Of a DNA stretch of 64,000 bases, positions 9,425-18,624 are shown in pieces (positions within the stretch are counted from its first letter, which is position 1; each line of letters begins with the position of its first letter). A model generated the notes under the pieces. It saw nothing but the letters and a program-made list of their open reading frames with translations, was not told where the DNA came from and did no database searches. The stretch is from an uncultured Actinomycetes bacterium (lineage in GTDB: Bacteria; Actinomycetota; Thermoleophilia; Solirubrobacterales; Solirubrobacteraceae). The stretch is taken from contig CAWFMM010000003.1 in the NCBI GenBank assembly GCA_963817035.1, positions 759,910 through 823,909 on the forward strand. Reading direction: 5' to 3'. The position numbers and the translations under genes are program-made.

Positions 9425-9562
9425 CCGTGTTCGCCTCGGTCCCGGTCCTCACGACCGGGCGGGCTGCCCGGCACGTCTGCGAGGTCGAGCCTATACCCGC
9501 GCAACCGAGGCGTTGCCGGCGCGTAACCGTTTGCCAATGTGGTGGTCGGGAGCGCGCGTGGT

Positions 9563-10489
9563 CTACCAAACGGGACGCGAGCCACTCGGCGAGACGCGCA
9601 GCAGACGATCGCCCGTCAGCAGCGCGGTGAAGGAGACCGGCGTCTTGCGCGCGGTGATCCTCCAGCCCGCGAGATCTCCGGCCAGCCCGGTGCGCAGGGC
9701 CATGCGATCGATCGCGCTGAGCGGGACACCACCGTGGTGGGCGATCCTCGTGACCAGCAGCTGCGGCACCGACGGCCTGATCTGCGCCAGGTTCACGGCG
9801 TCGCGGGTTCCCGAGAACTCGTGGTTGTCGCTGACGTCGACACGGCCCGCGATGTCGGCGCGCACGACGAGCGCACCGCTCGGCTTGGCGACGACGAGAT
9901 CCATCTCGCCTGGATAGATCGCCGCCTGGACGACGGCGATATCCGCGCCGTAGCGCCGGGTCAGCGCCGCGAGCATTAGCTTGAGGTTCGTCGCGTGAAA
10001 GAGCGAGCGCGGGTTGCTCGCCTTCATCGCGGCGAAGACGCCGAGCGGGCGCGCCGGCAGGGTGCGCGTGACGTCGGCGGTGTCGGCCTGCGCCGGGCTG
10101 GTCGCGGTAGCGGCCGGGGTCGTCGCGCCGTCCGCCGAGGCAGAGCTCGGCGACGAGGTCGTCCCCGATCCGGTCGCCGGCGGCGCGTCCCACGCGTAGT
10201 GGTCAGGCAGGTTGTGCGCGCCGCCGCTGTTCTCGTTGATGATCTCGGCGCTTGCCGTATAGGACGTTCCGTCCGTGAACAGCACAAGGCAGCGCAGGTG
10301 GGCGGTCTCCTCGCGCACCGTGCCGTGCACGTGGGGGACGCAGCCGACCGAGTCGACCGGGCGATGGTCGATCTGCGTGATGTGCTTCTTCATCACGCGC
10401 TGCAGGTCCTGATAGGCCTCGGTGCTGCCACCGCAGCCGGCGGCGACGAGCGCCACCACACCGCAGCCGATGGCGAGCGCCGCGCGCAT
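9563..10489 (-). CDS. lipoprotein, function unknown
   Basis: 308-aa ORF starting MRAALAIGCGVVALVAAGCGGS (lipobox). Its start abuts the stop of the upstream HhH-GPD gene, with a 0-nt gap. Confidence 0.75.
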   Translation of the reverse strand: MRAALAIGCGVVALVAAGCGGSTEAYQDLQRVMKKHITQIDHRPVDSVGCVPHVHGTVREETAHLRCLVLFTDGTSYTASAEIINENSGGAHNLPDHYAWDAPPATGSGTTSSPSSASADGATTPAATATSPAQADTADVTRTLPARPLGVFAAMKASNPRSLFHATNLKLMLAALTRRYGADIAVVQAAIYPGEMDLVVAKPSGALVVRADIAGRVDVSDNHEFSGTRDAVNLAQIRPSVPQLLVTRIAHHGGVPLSAIDRMALRTGLAGDLAGWRITARKTPVSFTALLTGDRLLRVSPSGSRPVW

Positions 10490-11035
10490 TCAGGCCGGCG
10501 ACTTCGACCACTCGCGCTTGTGGATGCGCTTGGCCGCCTGGTAGTCGACCAGCGCCTGCGGCGAGTCGACGTCTCCGAGCGTCGGATGCCACGGGACGAG
10601 CTCGCTCGCCGCCGCGACATCGAAGCGCTTGGCCAGCACCGAGCCCAGCGACTTGACCTTCATCTCGCCGTAGCCGGGCAGCGCGCTGAGATTCGCGCGC
10701 AGCTGCGCTGCGTCGGCGGCTTCGGTCCACACACGCGCGGCGTCGCCGTCGTAGGTGTCACGTACGTGGACCGCGAGATCGTGGACGCGCTTGGCCATCG
10801 CGCCGGGGTAGCGGTGAACGGCGGGCTTGTCGCGAAAGACGGTGTCGAGATCGGCGTCGGCCAGCGTGGCGGCGTCGAGTGCGCCGACCCGCTCGCGGAT
10901 GACAAGCGGACCCGAGAACGCCTTCTGCACGGTCACCTGCTGATCGAGGGCGAAGCCGACGAGCAGCGCCATCGGGTCGCTGGCGATCAACGCGTTGGCC
11001 TCGTCGGACTCGGTGAAATACAGGCGGTCGGGCAT
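10490..11035 (-). CDS. HhH-GPD family (base-excision-repair glycosylase-like) protein
   Basis: ORF 10490..11416 trimmed to M128 (MPDRLYFTESDEANALIASDPMALLVGFALDQQVTVQKAF). Also LSALPGYGEMKVKSLGSVLAKRF, which is helix-hairpin-helix-like. Confidence 0.75.
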   Translation of the reverse strand: MPDRLYFTESDEANALIASDPMALLVGFALDQQVTVQKAFSGPLVIRERVGALDAATLADADLDTVFRDKPAVHRYPGAMAKRVHDLAVHVRDTYDGDAARVWTEAADAAQLRANLSALPGYGEMKVKSLGSVLAKRFDVAAASELVPWHPTLGDVDSPQALVDYQAAKRIHKREWSKSPA

Positions 11036-11143
11036 CGGTCGATCGTAACCTCCCGGCGCACGCGGCAGTAGGGTCGATCGACGCTCAGCCAGCGCCGACC
11101 GCTCCCCCGGGCAGCGTTGCCGCCGCCTGACAGAATTGCCGTC

Positions 11144-11347
11144 ATGTCCCAACCACCGCCCATCGTCCTGCACGGCCACCCGATGTCGCATCCGTGCCGC
11201 GCCGTTCAGGAGGCGCTGAATATCAAGCGGCTCGAGCGGATGCTCGACGGCCGCCCGGGCGCGGCGCTCGCCCACCGCTGGTCTGCGACGTGGGACGGAC
11301 ACGTGGGCGCCGGCGCCTCCCCCGCGTCGTGGCTGCCCGCGCCGTGA
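11144..11347 (+). other. short ORF resembling only the N-terminus of a GST/glutaredoxin-2-type thioredoxin-fold protein (possible gene remnant)
   Basis: MSQPPPIVLHGHPMSHPCRAVQEALNIKRLE is followed by unrelated Gly/Ala/Trp-rich sequence up to the stop at 11347. Confidence 0.25.
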
Positions 11348-13110
11348 CCGCGGACGGCAACGGCGCCGCCGCCGTCCGGGTGTACGACCCCAACGACCGC
11401 TACAAGTGGATCGCACTGTCCAACACGACGCTCGGCGTCCTGCTCGCGACGCTCGACGCCTCGATCACGCTGATCGCGATGCCGGACATCTTCCGCGGCA
11501 TCAAGCTCGACCCACTCGTCCCGTCCAACAGCTTCTACCTGCTGTGGATGATCCTCGGCTTCCTCGTCGCCTCGAGCGTCCTGATCGCCTCCTTCGGCCG
11601 CCTCGGCGACATCTTCGGGCGGGTGAAGATGTACAACTTCGGCTTCGTCATCTACACCGTCGCCTCGCTGCTGCTGGCGATCGACTGGCTGACCGGGCGC
11701 GAGGGGGCGATGTACCTGATCGTCTTTCGCATCGTCCAGGGCGTCGGCTCGGCCTTCCTGCTCGCCAACGCCGCGCCGATCATCACCGACGCGTTCCCGC
11801 CCAACCAGCGCGGGCTGGCTCTGGGGATCAACAACATCGTCAGCGTCAGCGGGCTGTTCATCGGGCTGGTGCTCGGCGGCTTCCTCGCCCCGATCGACTG
11901 GCGCCTGGTCTTCCTGATCTCCGTCCCGGTCGGCCTCTTCGGGACGGTCTGGGCCTACCTCAAGCTCGAGGAGCGATCGACGCCCAAGCGGGTGTCGATC
12001 GACTGGTGGGGCAACGTCACGTTCGCACTCGGCCTGATCCTGATCATGGTCTCGACGACGTACGGGATTCGGCCCTACGGCGACAGTCCGACGGGCTGGG
12101 GCAGCCCGCGGGTCATCGTGCTGCTCAGCGCCGGCGTGCTGTCGCTCGTGACCTTCGTCCTGATCGAGAAACGCGTGCGCGACCCGATGTTCCGCCTGCC
12201 GCTGTTTGGAATCCGCGCGTTCAGCTTCGGCACGATCTCGACCTTCCTGGCCTCGGTCGCCCGCGGCGGCCTGATGTTCATGCTGATCATCTGGCTGCAG
12301 GGGATCTGGCTGCCCGAACACGGCTACAGCTTCCAGTCGACGCCCCTGTGGGCGGCGATCTACATGCTGCCGCTGACCTTCGGGATGTTGATCGCCGGGC
12401 CGACGTCGGGCTACCTGTCGGACCGTTTCGGCGCGCGCGGGTTCGCGAGCGGCGGCATGCTGATCGCGGCGTCCAGCTTCCTGATCCTGATCGAGCTGCC
12501 GACGAACTTCGCCTATCCGTGGTTCGCGACGGCCCTGGCCCTGAACGGCATCGGGATGGGGATGTTCGCGTCGCCGAACCGGGCCGCGGTGATGAACAGC
12601 CTGCCAATCGCCGATCGCGGCGCGGGCGGCGGCATGAATCAGACGTTCCAGAACTCGGCCCAGGTGATCTCGGTCGGGATCTTCTTCACGCTGATGATCA
12701 TCGGCCTCTCCTCGACGCTGCCCGTGACGATGTCGGCCGGCCTTCAGGCCCATGGCATCTCCGCCCCGGTCGCCCACCACATCGCGACGCTGCCACCGGT
12801 GTCGATCCTGTTCGCGGCGTTCCTGGGCTACAACCCGATCCAGCACCTCGTCGGCCCGCACACGCTCAGCGCGCTCTCGGCCCACAACCAGACGGTGATC
12901 ACCGGCCACACCTTCTTCCCGCAGCTGATCTCCGCGCCGTTTCGCGCCGGGCTGCACGAGGCGTTCACGTTCGCGGCGATCGTGTGCCTGGTCGCCGCCG
13001 GCGCGTCACTGATGCGCGGCGGTCGCTACGTTGATCCCGAGCCCACGCCGACGCATGGGCCAACGGGCGTAGAGTCCGGCCAATGGCCGCTTTCACACTC
13101 AAGAACCTGA
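11344..13110 (+). CDS. MFS transporter (DHA2/EmrB-like, 14-TM type)
   Basis: ORF 11194..13110. Start placed at the in-frame GTG at 11344 (VTADGNG..RYKWIALSNTTLGVLLATLDASITLIAMPDIFRG). Many TM segments. The Arg-rich first 50 residues of the ORF are rejected. Confidence 0.85.
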   Translation: MTADGNGAAAVRVYDPNDRYKWIALSNTTLGVLLATLDASITLIAMPDIFRGIKLDPLVPSNSFYLLWMILGFLVASSVLIASFGRLGDIFGRVKMYNFGFVIYTVASLLLAIDWLTGREGAMYLIVFRIVQGVGSAFLLANAAPIITDAFPPNQRGLALGINNIVSVSGLFIGLVLGGFLAPIDWRLVFLISVPVGLFGTVWAYLKLEERSTPKRVSIDWWGNVTFALGLILIMVSTTYGIRPYGDSPTGWGSPRVIVLLSAGVLSLVTFVLIEKRVRDPMFRLPLFGIRAFSFGTISTFLASVARGGLMFMLIIWLQGIWLPEHGYSFQSTPLWAAIYMLPLTFGMLIAGPTSGYLSDRFGARGFASGGMLIAASSFLILIELPTNFAYPWFATALALNGIGMGMFASPNRAAVMNSLPIADRGAGGGMNQTFQNSAQVISVGIFFTLMIIGLSSTLPVTMSAGLQAHGISAPVAHHIATLPPVSILFAAFLGYNPIQHLVGPHTLSALSAHNQTVITGHTFFPQLISAPFRAGLHEAFTFAAIVCLVAAGASLMRGGRYVDPEPTPTHGPTGVESGQWPLSHSRT

Positions 13111-13469
13111 TGGACATCGATGACCTCGCGGCCGATCGCGAGGGCATCGAGGCACGCTTCGCCCGCAGCCACATCGACTCCGACCACCTCGGGGTCAGCC
13201 TGCTCCGCTACGACGAAGGCGTGCGCCCCCCGTTCGGTCACCGCCACGCGTCGCAGGAGGAGGTCTACGTCGTGATCGGCGGCTCAGGGCGCATCCGCGT
13301 CGATGACGAGATCATCGACCTCAAGCAGTGGGACGTGGTGCGCGTCGCGCCTGAGGCGATCCGCGGCTTCGAGGGCGGGACCGGCGGCCTGGAGATCATC
13401 GCCGTGGGCAACGATCGGCCCGAGGGCGGCGACGGCGAGATCATCCAGAACTTCTGGCCCGCCGACTGA
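13083..13469 (+). CDS. cupin domain protein
   Basis: 128 aa with metal-cupin motif PFGHRHASQEEVYVVIGGSG. Paralogous to 54651..55034. Confidence 0.85.
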   Translation: MAAFTLKNLMDIDDLAADREGIEARFARSHIDSDHLGVSLLRYDEGVRPPFGHRHASQEEVYVVIGGSGRIRVDDEIIDLKQWDVVRVAPEAIRGFEGGTGGLEIIAVGNDRPEGGDGEIIQNFWPAD

Positions 13470-13471
13470 CC

Positions 13472-14602
13472 GTGGCCACGACCGACAACGGCTCGCCGCC
13501 GTTTCGCTTCTACGACAACCGCCAGAAATACCTGGCGTTCGTCAATACCTGCAACGAGAAGGCGATGATCGCCCGGCGGGCCGCGACGAAGCTCGACACG
13601 CTCGTCCCCAAGCCACCGGCGCTGCGGATGTTCGACGCCGGCATGGGCGACGGCACGGTCCTGACGCGCCTGATGAGCGCCGCGTCACGACGCTTCCCGA
13701 CCGTGCCGCTCGTCGCCGTGGCCAAGGAGATCAGCCTCGAGGACATCCGCCTCGGGCTGGAGAAGATGCCCGACCGCTTCTACGAGCACCCGCACATGGT
13801 GCTCGCGCTGACCAACCTCAACTATGCCGACGCGCCACGCCTGATCTCGAGCAAGGAGGGCGACGCGGAGATCAACCGGCAGGTCGTCAAGCTCACGGGC
13901 AGCTCGACCTACGGCTACCTCGAGCAGATCGAGGCGCTCGGCGACGTGCTCGAGCACGGCTGGGAGACGAAGGCGAGCCCGGAAAGCGGCAATCCGATCT
14001 ACGCGCGGCCGACCGTGCTCGTCTTATATCGCGAGGACCACGAGTTCCTGCTCGACGGAGCGATCCCGCAGCCCGGAGACCCGTCGCTGGCCTATGACTT
14101 CATCCTCGCCTCGCAGCCCTGGCGGGCCAAGACGAGCGCCGACTTCAAGGCCCAGAAGATCCTTGCGCCGCTCGCGCGCACGCTGGCCCCGGGCGGGTCG
14201 ATGCTGACCGTCCAGTCGGCGGGTCACGACCCGGCGCAGGAGATCATCGAGCGCCTGTGGCCCGGCGAGCGCCCGTTCCCGGTCGACCGCCACGCGCTGC
14301 TCAAGGCGACCGCCGTCGCGCTCGGGGACGAGGCCGCCCAGTTCGATCTGACCGACCCTTCCGACGCCGACGCGCTGTGCGGCTACCAGATGCACACGCT
14401 GCCGTCGGAGATCGGCAACCGGATCGGCACGTCGACCCTGTTCGCCGCCTGGAACGCCGCGATCTACGTCAACCAGATCGAGGACGAGCGGCTCGAGTCC
14501 GTCGTCGCCACCGGCGCGTACCTCGAGGCGACACAGACCGTGCTCAAGGAGTACGGCGGCCTGTGGTTCAACGACGAGGCGTTCACGATCACGCGCCGAT
14601 GA
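13472..14602 (+). CDS. hypothetical protein, possibly a SAM-dependent methyltransferase fold
   Basis: 376-aa ORF (GTG start) 2 nt after the cupin stop. MFDAGMGDGTVL resembles motif I, and VAVAKEISLEDI resembles the acidic post-I loop. Confidence 0.7.
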   Translation: MATTDNGSPPFRFYDNRQKYLAFVNTCNEKAMIARRAATKLDTLVPKPPALRMFDAGMGDGTVLTRLMSAASRRFPTVPLVAVAKEISLEDIRLGLEKMPDRFYEHPHMVLALTNLNYADAPRLISSKEGDAEINRQVVKLTGSSTYGYLEQIEALGDVLEHGWETKASPESGNPIYARPTVLVLYREDHEFLLDGAIPQPGDPSLAYDFILASQPWRAKTSADFKAQKILAPLARTLAPGGSMLTVQSAGHDPAQEIIERLWPGERPFPVDRHALLKATAVALGDEAAQFDLTDPSDADALCGYQMHTLPSEIGNRIGTSTLFAAWNAAIYVNQIEDERLESVVATGAYLEATQTVLKEYGGLWFNDEAFTITRR

Positions 14603-14638
14603 GCGGGCCGACGTCGGCGGTCCTGTAGACCTTTGGGT

Positions 14639-15427
14639 ATGTCTCTTTCGACCGGCACCGGTCCTCTCTCCGGCGCGCCCGCGGGCGCATTCAACTTCGA
14701 CATCGCCGCGGCGTCGCCCGCGCACCGAATCTTCTTCGCCGCCGAGCAGCGCCGCCTCCGCGCGCTGATCGACGACGTCGTCGTCCTCGACACGACGCGC
14801 GCGCAGCTGCTCTACGAGACCGGCATCGGTCCGCGGGTCTACGCGCCGCTCGCTGACTACACGGCCGAGCTGCTGACCCCGACCGACGCGACCTCACACT
14901 GCCCATTCAAGGGCGACGCGTCGTACTGGACGATCACCGTCGGCCAGAACAAGCAGGTCGACATCCTGTGGGCCTACGAGGAGCCACTGCCCGAAGCGGC
15001 GTTCCTCGCCGGCCACGCGGCGCTGTATCCCAACCGCGTCGACGCGTGGCTGGTCGAGGACGAGCGCGTGTTCGGCCACCTGCGCGATCCGTTTCACCGC
15101 GTCGACGTCCATGACAGCTCGCGCCCGGTCGTTGTGCGGGTCGGCGGCGAGGAGGTCGTGCGAACCACGCGGGCCAAGCTGCTCTTCGAGACCGGGCTGC
15201 CGGTGCGGGCCTACGTCTCGCGGATGGAGATCGCGCCGGGTGCGGTGGCCGACGGATCGGGCAAGCGCACGGTCTGCCCGTACAAGGGCCAGGCGTCGTA
15301 CTGGACCGTCGCCGGTGTCGAGGATGCGGCGTGGAGCTATGAGGCGCCGCTGTCAGACGCCGCGCGCGCTCAGGGCCTGCTCAGCTTCGACTCCGGGATC
15401 GACGGCGTCGAGATCGAGATCGGCTGA
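14639..15427 (+). CDS. DUF427 domain-containing protein (two DUF427 repeats)
   Basis: ORF 14633..15427, with ATG at 14639 preferred. The hallmark occurs twice: HCPFKGDASYWT and VCPYKGQASYWT. Confidence 0.85.
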   Translation: MSLSTGTGPLSGAPAGAFNFDIAAASPAHRIFFAAEQRRLRALIDDVVVLDTTRAQLLYETGIGPRVYAPLADYTAELLTPTDATSHCPFKGDASYWTITVGQNKQVDILWAYEEPLPEAAFLAGHAALYPNRVDAWLVEDERVFGHLRDPFHRVDVHDSSRPVVVRVGGEEVVRTTRAKLLFETGLPVRAYVSRMEIAPGAVADGSGKRTVCPYKGQASYWTVAGVEDAAWSYEAPLSDAARAQGLLSFDSGIDGVEIEIG

Positions 15428-16291
15428 CGCACCGCTGCCTCGGGTGGCGAGCAACGATCCGCCGATGATCGCGATGAGGCCGACCAGGGCGCCCGGTCCC
15501 GGCCGCTCGCCGAGGACGATGACGCCGAGCGTCACCGCGACCACCGGGTTGACGTAGGTGATGACCGATGCCCGCGAGGGGCCGACCTCGACGATCAGGA
15601 TCGTGAAGACGACGAACGCCGCCGCCGTGCACACGACGGCGAGCACGACGATCGAGATCAGCGCGCTCGTACTCGGTGCGTGGGCCGGCCGGTCGAGGGC
15701 GGCCAGCGGCAGCAGCACGACCGCGGCGATCGCGAGGCTCGCGCCCATCGTTGCCCGCGGATCGGCGTGCAGCAGGTGGCGATTGACCACCAACGGCCCG
15801 ATCGAATAGCCGAGCGCGGTGACCATGATCGCGGCGGCGCCGATCAGCTCCGACGAGCTGCCGGCGATGTCGACGCCCATCAGCACGACCACGCCGGCCA
15901 GCCCGATGAACAGCCCGACGAGCCGGCGCCCACCGACCCGCTCGGACGGTACGAAGCGGATCGCGATCGCCGCGACCATCAGCGGCACCGTCGCGATCAG
16001 GATCGCCGCCAGCGAGGAGGCGACGCGCTGCTCGCCGAACGCGAGCATCGGGAGCGGAATCGCGAGCTCGCAGATCGCGTACACGGCCAGCCAGCGGCCG
16101 AGCCCATGCAGCGGCGCGAGCACACCGGCACGCCGGGCCAGCGTGAGCAGGATCGCCGCGGCGATCGTCACCCGCACCCATGACAGGAACAGCGGCGTGA
16201 ACCCGCCGTCGACCGCGACCTTGATGAACATGTACGGGATCCCCCACAGGACGGCCATCGTGGCGAACGCGATGCGGCCGCGGGAGGTCAT
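15353..16291 (-). CDS. EamA/DMT-family transporter
   Basis: Only the C-terminal 312 aa of the 948-aa track ORF are used, from MTSRGRIAFATMAVLWGIPYMFIKVAV. About 10 TM segments. The start overlaps the stop of the methyltransferase gene (ATGA at 16288..16291). Confidence 0.85.
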   Translation of the reverse strand: MTSRGRIAFATMAVLWGIPYMFIKVAVDGGFTPLFLSWVRVTIAAAILLTLARRAGVLAPLHGLGRWLAVYAICELAIPLPMLAFGEQRVASSLAAILIATVPLMVAAIAIRFVPSERVGGRRLVGLFIGLAGVVVLMGVDIAGSSSELIGAAAIMVTALGYSIGPLVVNRHLLHADPRATMGASLAIAAVVLLPLAALDRPAHAPSTSALISIVVLAVVCTAAAFVVFTILIVEVGPSRASVITYVNPVVAVTLGVIVLGERPGPGALVGLIAIIGGSLLATRGSGASADLDLDAVDPGVEAEQALSARGV

Positions 16292-17070
16292 CCCTCGATG
16301 GTAGGAGTCAGGCGGTGCCGGGTGATCGCGATCGCGTCGGCGTTTGAGTCGATGAGGACGAAGTGGCGGTCGAGCGCGCGGGCGACCGCGCCGAGGGTTC
16401 CCGAGCCGGCGAACGGGTCCAGACACCAGCCTCCGGGCTTCGAGGAGGCGGCGACCATGCGCCGGACGATGCCCTCGGGCTTCTGGGTCGGGTAGCCGGT
16501 CTTCTCGGCCCCCATCGTCGGGACGATCGTGTGCCACCACACGGAGGTCGGGCGCTTCCCGCGCGCCGCCTTCTCGGGACCGACGAGGCTGGGGGCCATG
16601 TACGGCTCGCGATCGACTTCGGCGTCGTCGAACCAGTAGTTCGCCGGCTCCTTGACGTAGACGAGGATCGTGTCGTGCTTGGGCGGCCAGCGGCGCTTGG
16701 GCTTGCCGCCGTAGTCGTAGGCCCAGATCAGCTCGTTGAGGAAGCACTCGCGGCCGAACAGGCGGTCGAGCTCGATCTTGACGTAGTGCACCTCGCGCTG
16801 GTCGAGGTGGACGTAGAGCGTGCCGTGGGCGGCGAGCGCGTCGCGGACCGTGGCGAGGCGGGGCATGAGGAACCCGAGGTAGTCGTCGGTCGTGTCCGCG
16901 TAGGCGAGCTGCGCGCGGCGCTGCTCGTTGCCGGTGTTGAACGGCGGGTCGGCGTAGGCCATGTCGAAGCGGCCCGACGGCAGCCGCGCCAGCGCGTCTG
17001 CGTTGTCGGCGTGCACGAGCAGGTCGTCGTCCAGCTCCAGCCGCACCGGCAGCTTCTCGATCACCCTCAT
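16288..17070 (-). CDS. site-specific DNA methyltransferase, beta-class (DPPF motif IV before FxGxG motif I); probably N6-adenine or N4-cytosine
   Basis: ORF 16288..17160 trimmed to M31 (MRVIEKLPV). Motifs seen: FDMAYADPPFNTG, TGYPTQKPEGIVRRMV and WCLDPFAGSGTLGAVA. No nuclease gene is adjacent. Confidence 0.85.
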   Translation of the reverse strand: MRVIEKLPVRLELDDDLLVHADNADALARLPSGRFDMAYADPPFNTGNEQRRAQLAYADTTDDYLGFLMPRLATVRDALAAHGTLYVHLDQREVHYVKIELDRLFGRECFLNELIWAYDYGGKPKRRWPPKHDTILVYVKEPANYWFDDAEVDREPYMAPSLVGPEKAARGKRPTSVWWHTIVPTMGAEKTGYPTQKPEGIVRRMVAASSKPGGWCLDPFAGSGTLGAVARALDRHFVLIDSNADAIAITRHRLTPTIEG

Positions 17071-17140
17071 CGCCCCGATGCTCCCAGCGCGTCCGGCGGT
17101 TGTGGCGTGTGTCGAGGGGCGCGACAGATACGGTGAGAGC

Positions 17141-18599
17141 GTGCGACGTGTTCTCCTCATCGGGGGCGCGGCGGCGGTTGTCGTCGTGCTCGCGTTGGTT
17201 CTGCTGTCCAGCGGTGGCGGAGGGTCTGACCCCGTGCGCCGGCTGATTCCGGCGGCCGGAAACGGCGACGCGAGCTATGACCCCTACGGCTACGAAGCCT
17301 CCAAGCGGGCGCTGTTCGAGCAGCGCGCGCAGGCCGGGCTGGCCCACGTGCTCTACGCCCACAGCCCCGGCGGCGTGACCGGGACGGCGGAGCGGGTCAA
17401 TGCGTTTCGCCCGCAGATCGAGCAGGCGGCCGAGGCGGGCGGCGTCGACCCCGACATGCTCGAGGCGATCGTCTTTCTCGAGAGCGCGGGGCGCCCCGAC
17501 GCGCAGGCGTCGAACTCGCTGCAGGGCGCGGTCGGCCTGACCCAGATCCTCGCCGAGACGGGCACCGACCTGCTCGGCATGCACATCGATCTGCCGGCGA
17601 GCAAGCGCCTGAGCACGCTGATCGCCCGCGGCGGACCCCGGACCCTCGAGCGCTATCGCGAGCGCCGCCGCGTCGACGAGCGCTTCGATCCGCAGAAGTC
17701 GCTCGCCGCCACGGTGCGCTACCTGACCTTCGCCAAGGGAAAGCTGGGCCGCGATGACCTCGCCGTCGAGAGCTACCACATGGGCGTCGGCAATCTCCAG
17801 CACGCCCTCGACGCCTACGGCGAGAGCGACATCCCCTACGCCCAGCTCTATTTCGATTCGAGCCCGCTGCGCCACAGCGCCGCCTGGAACGTCATCTCGT
17901 CGCTCGGCGACGACTCGTCGACCTACTACTGGAAGGTGCTCGCGGCCAAGGCGATCATGCGCGAGTGGCGCGCCGATCCGGCCACGCTGTTCGCGCACGC
18001 GGTGCTCCAGGTCGAGAAGGCCTCGGCCGAGGACGTCATGCATCCGCCCAGCTCGACGACCGCGTTCGCGGACCCGGCCGCGCTGGCGCGTGCCGAGCAG
18101 GAGGGCGTCATCCAGCCGCTGAGCCGCGGCGCTGCTGCGCCGCCACGGATTCGTCGTCGACCCCGGCATGGGCGAGCTCGCGCCGAAGGTCGGCGCCAAG
18201 CCGGCGCTCTACCGCGGCCTGCGACCCGAGGCGCTCGCGCTGGCGCTCTACCTCGGCACCGGCGTGCAGGCGATCTCCCACACCGCGCCGCTCGTGATGA
18301 CGAGCGCGGTGCGCGACGAGCGCTACCAGGTGGTCCTCGCCGCGCAGGACATCGAAGCGACGAACGCCTTCTCCCAGCACACCGCCGGCTTCGCGTTCGA
18401 CATCTCGCGCAGCTACCGCAGCGCCGCTCAGGCCCAGGCGCTCCAGTTCATGCTCGACCGCCTCACCGCGCTGCACCTGATCTCGTGGGTCCGCGAGCCG
18501 GGGGCGATCCACGTGACCGCTTCGAGCTCAGCGCGTGCGCTGGTGCCGATCATCGGACTGAAGCCGGCAGTGGTGGCGCACGGAGTTGCCGGTTCGTGA
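17141..18599 (+). pseudogene. cell-wall hydrolase with a lytic transglycosylase (SLT) domain and an M15/VanY-like peptidase domain; frame broken near 18119-18131
   Basis: Frame A runs from GTG 17141: VRRVLLIGGAAAVVVVLALVLL..EAIVFLESAGRPDAQASNSLQGAVGLTQI (SLT) up to ..GVIQPLS. The sensible sequence then continues in the +1 frame: AAALLRRHGFVVDPGMGELAPK..SQHTAGFAFDIS (an SxHxxGxAxD M15 motif), ending at 18599. Frame A beyond 18125 becomes Arg/Pro-rich nonsense. Confidence 0.7.
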
Positions 18600-18624
18600 A
18601 CAGCGCGCCACCACCGCCCGCGCC

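Noticed and set aside
11194-11343. Track start (11194) for the MFS transporter
   Set aside because: The first 50 residues are Arg/Gly/Pro-rich and overlap the short GST-like ORF. The hydrophobic MFS sequence begins right after the in-frame GTG at 11344.
16288-17070. A restriction-modification system around the DNA methyltransferase
   Set aside because: Neither neighbour (the EamA transporter or the SLT hydrolase) resembles a nuclease or specificity subunit, so I treat it as an orphan methyltransferase.
15353-18199. 948-aa minus-strand ORF
   Set aside because: It is a read-through composite. Only the last 312 codons (the EamA transporter) are protein-like. The upstream part runs out of frame across the methyltransferase gene and is antisense to the SLT hydrolase.
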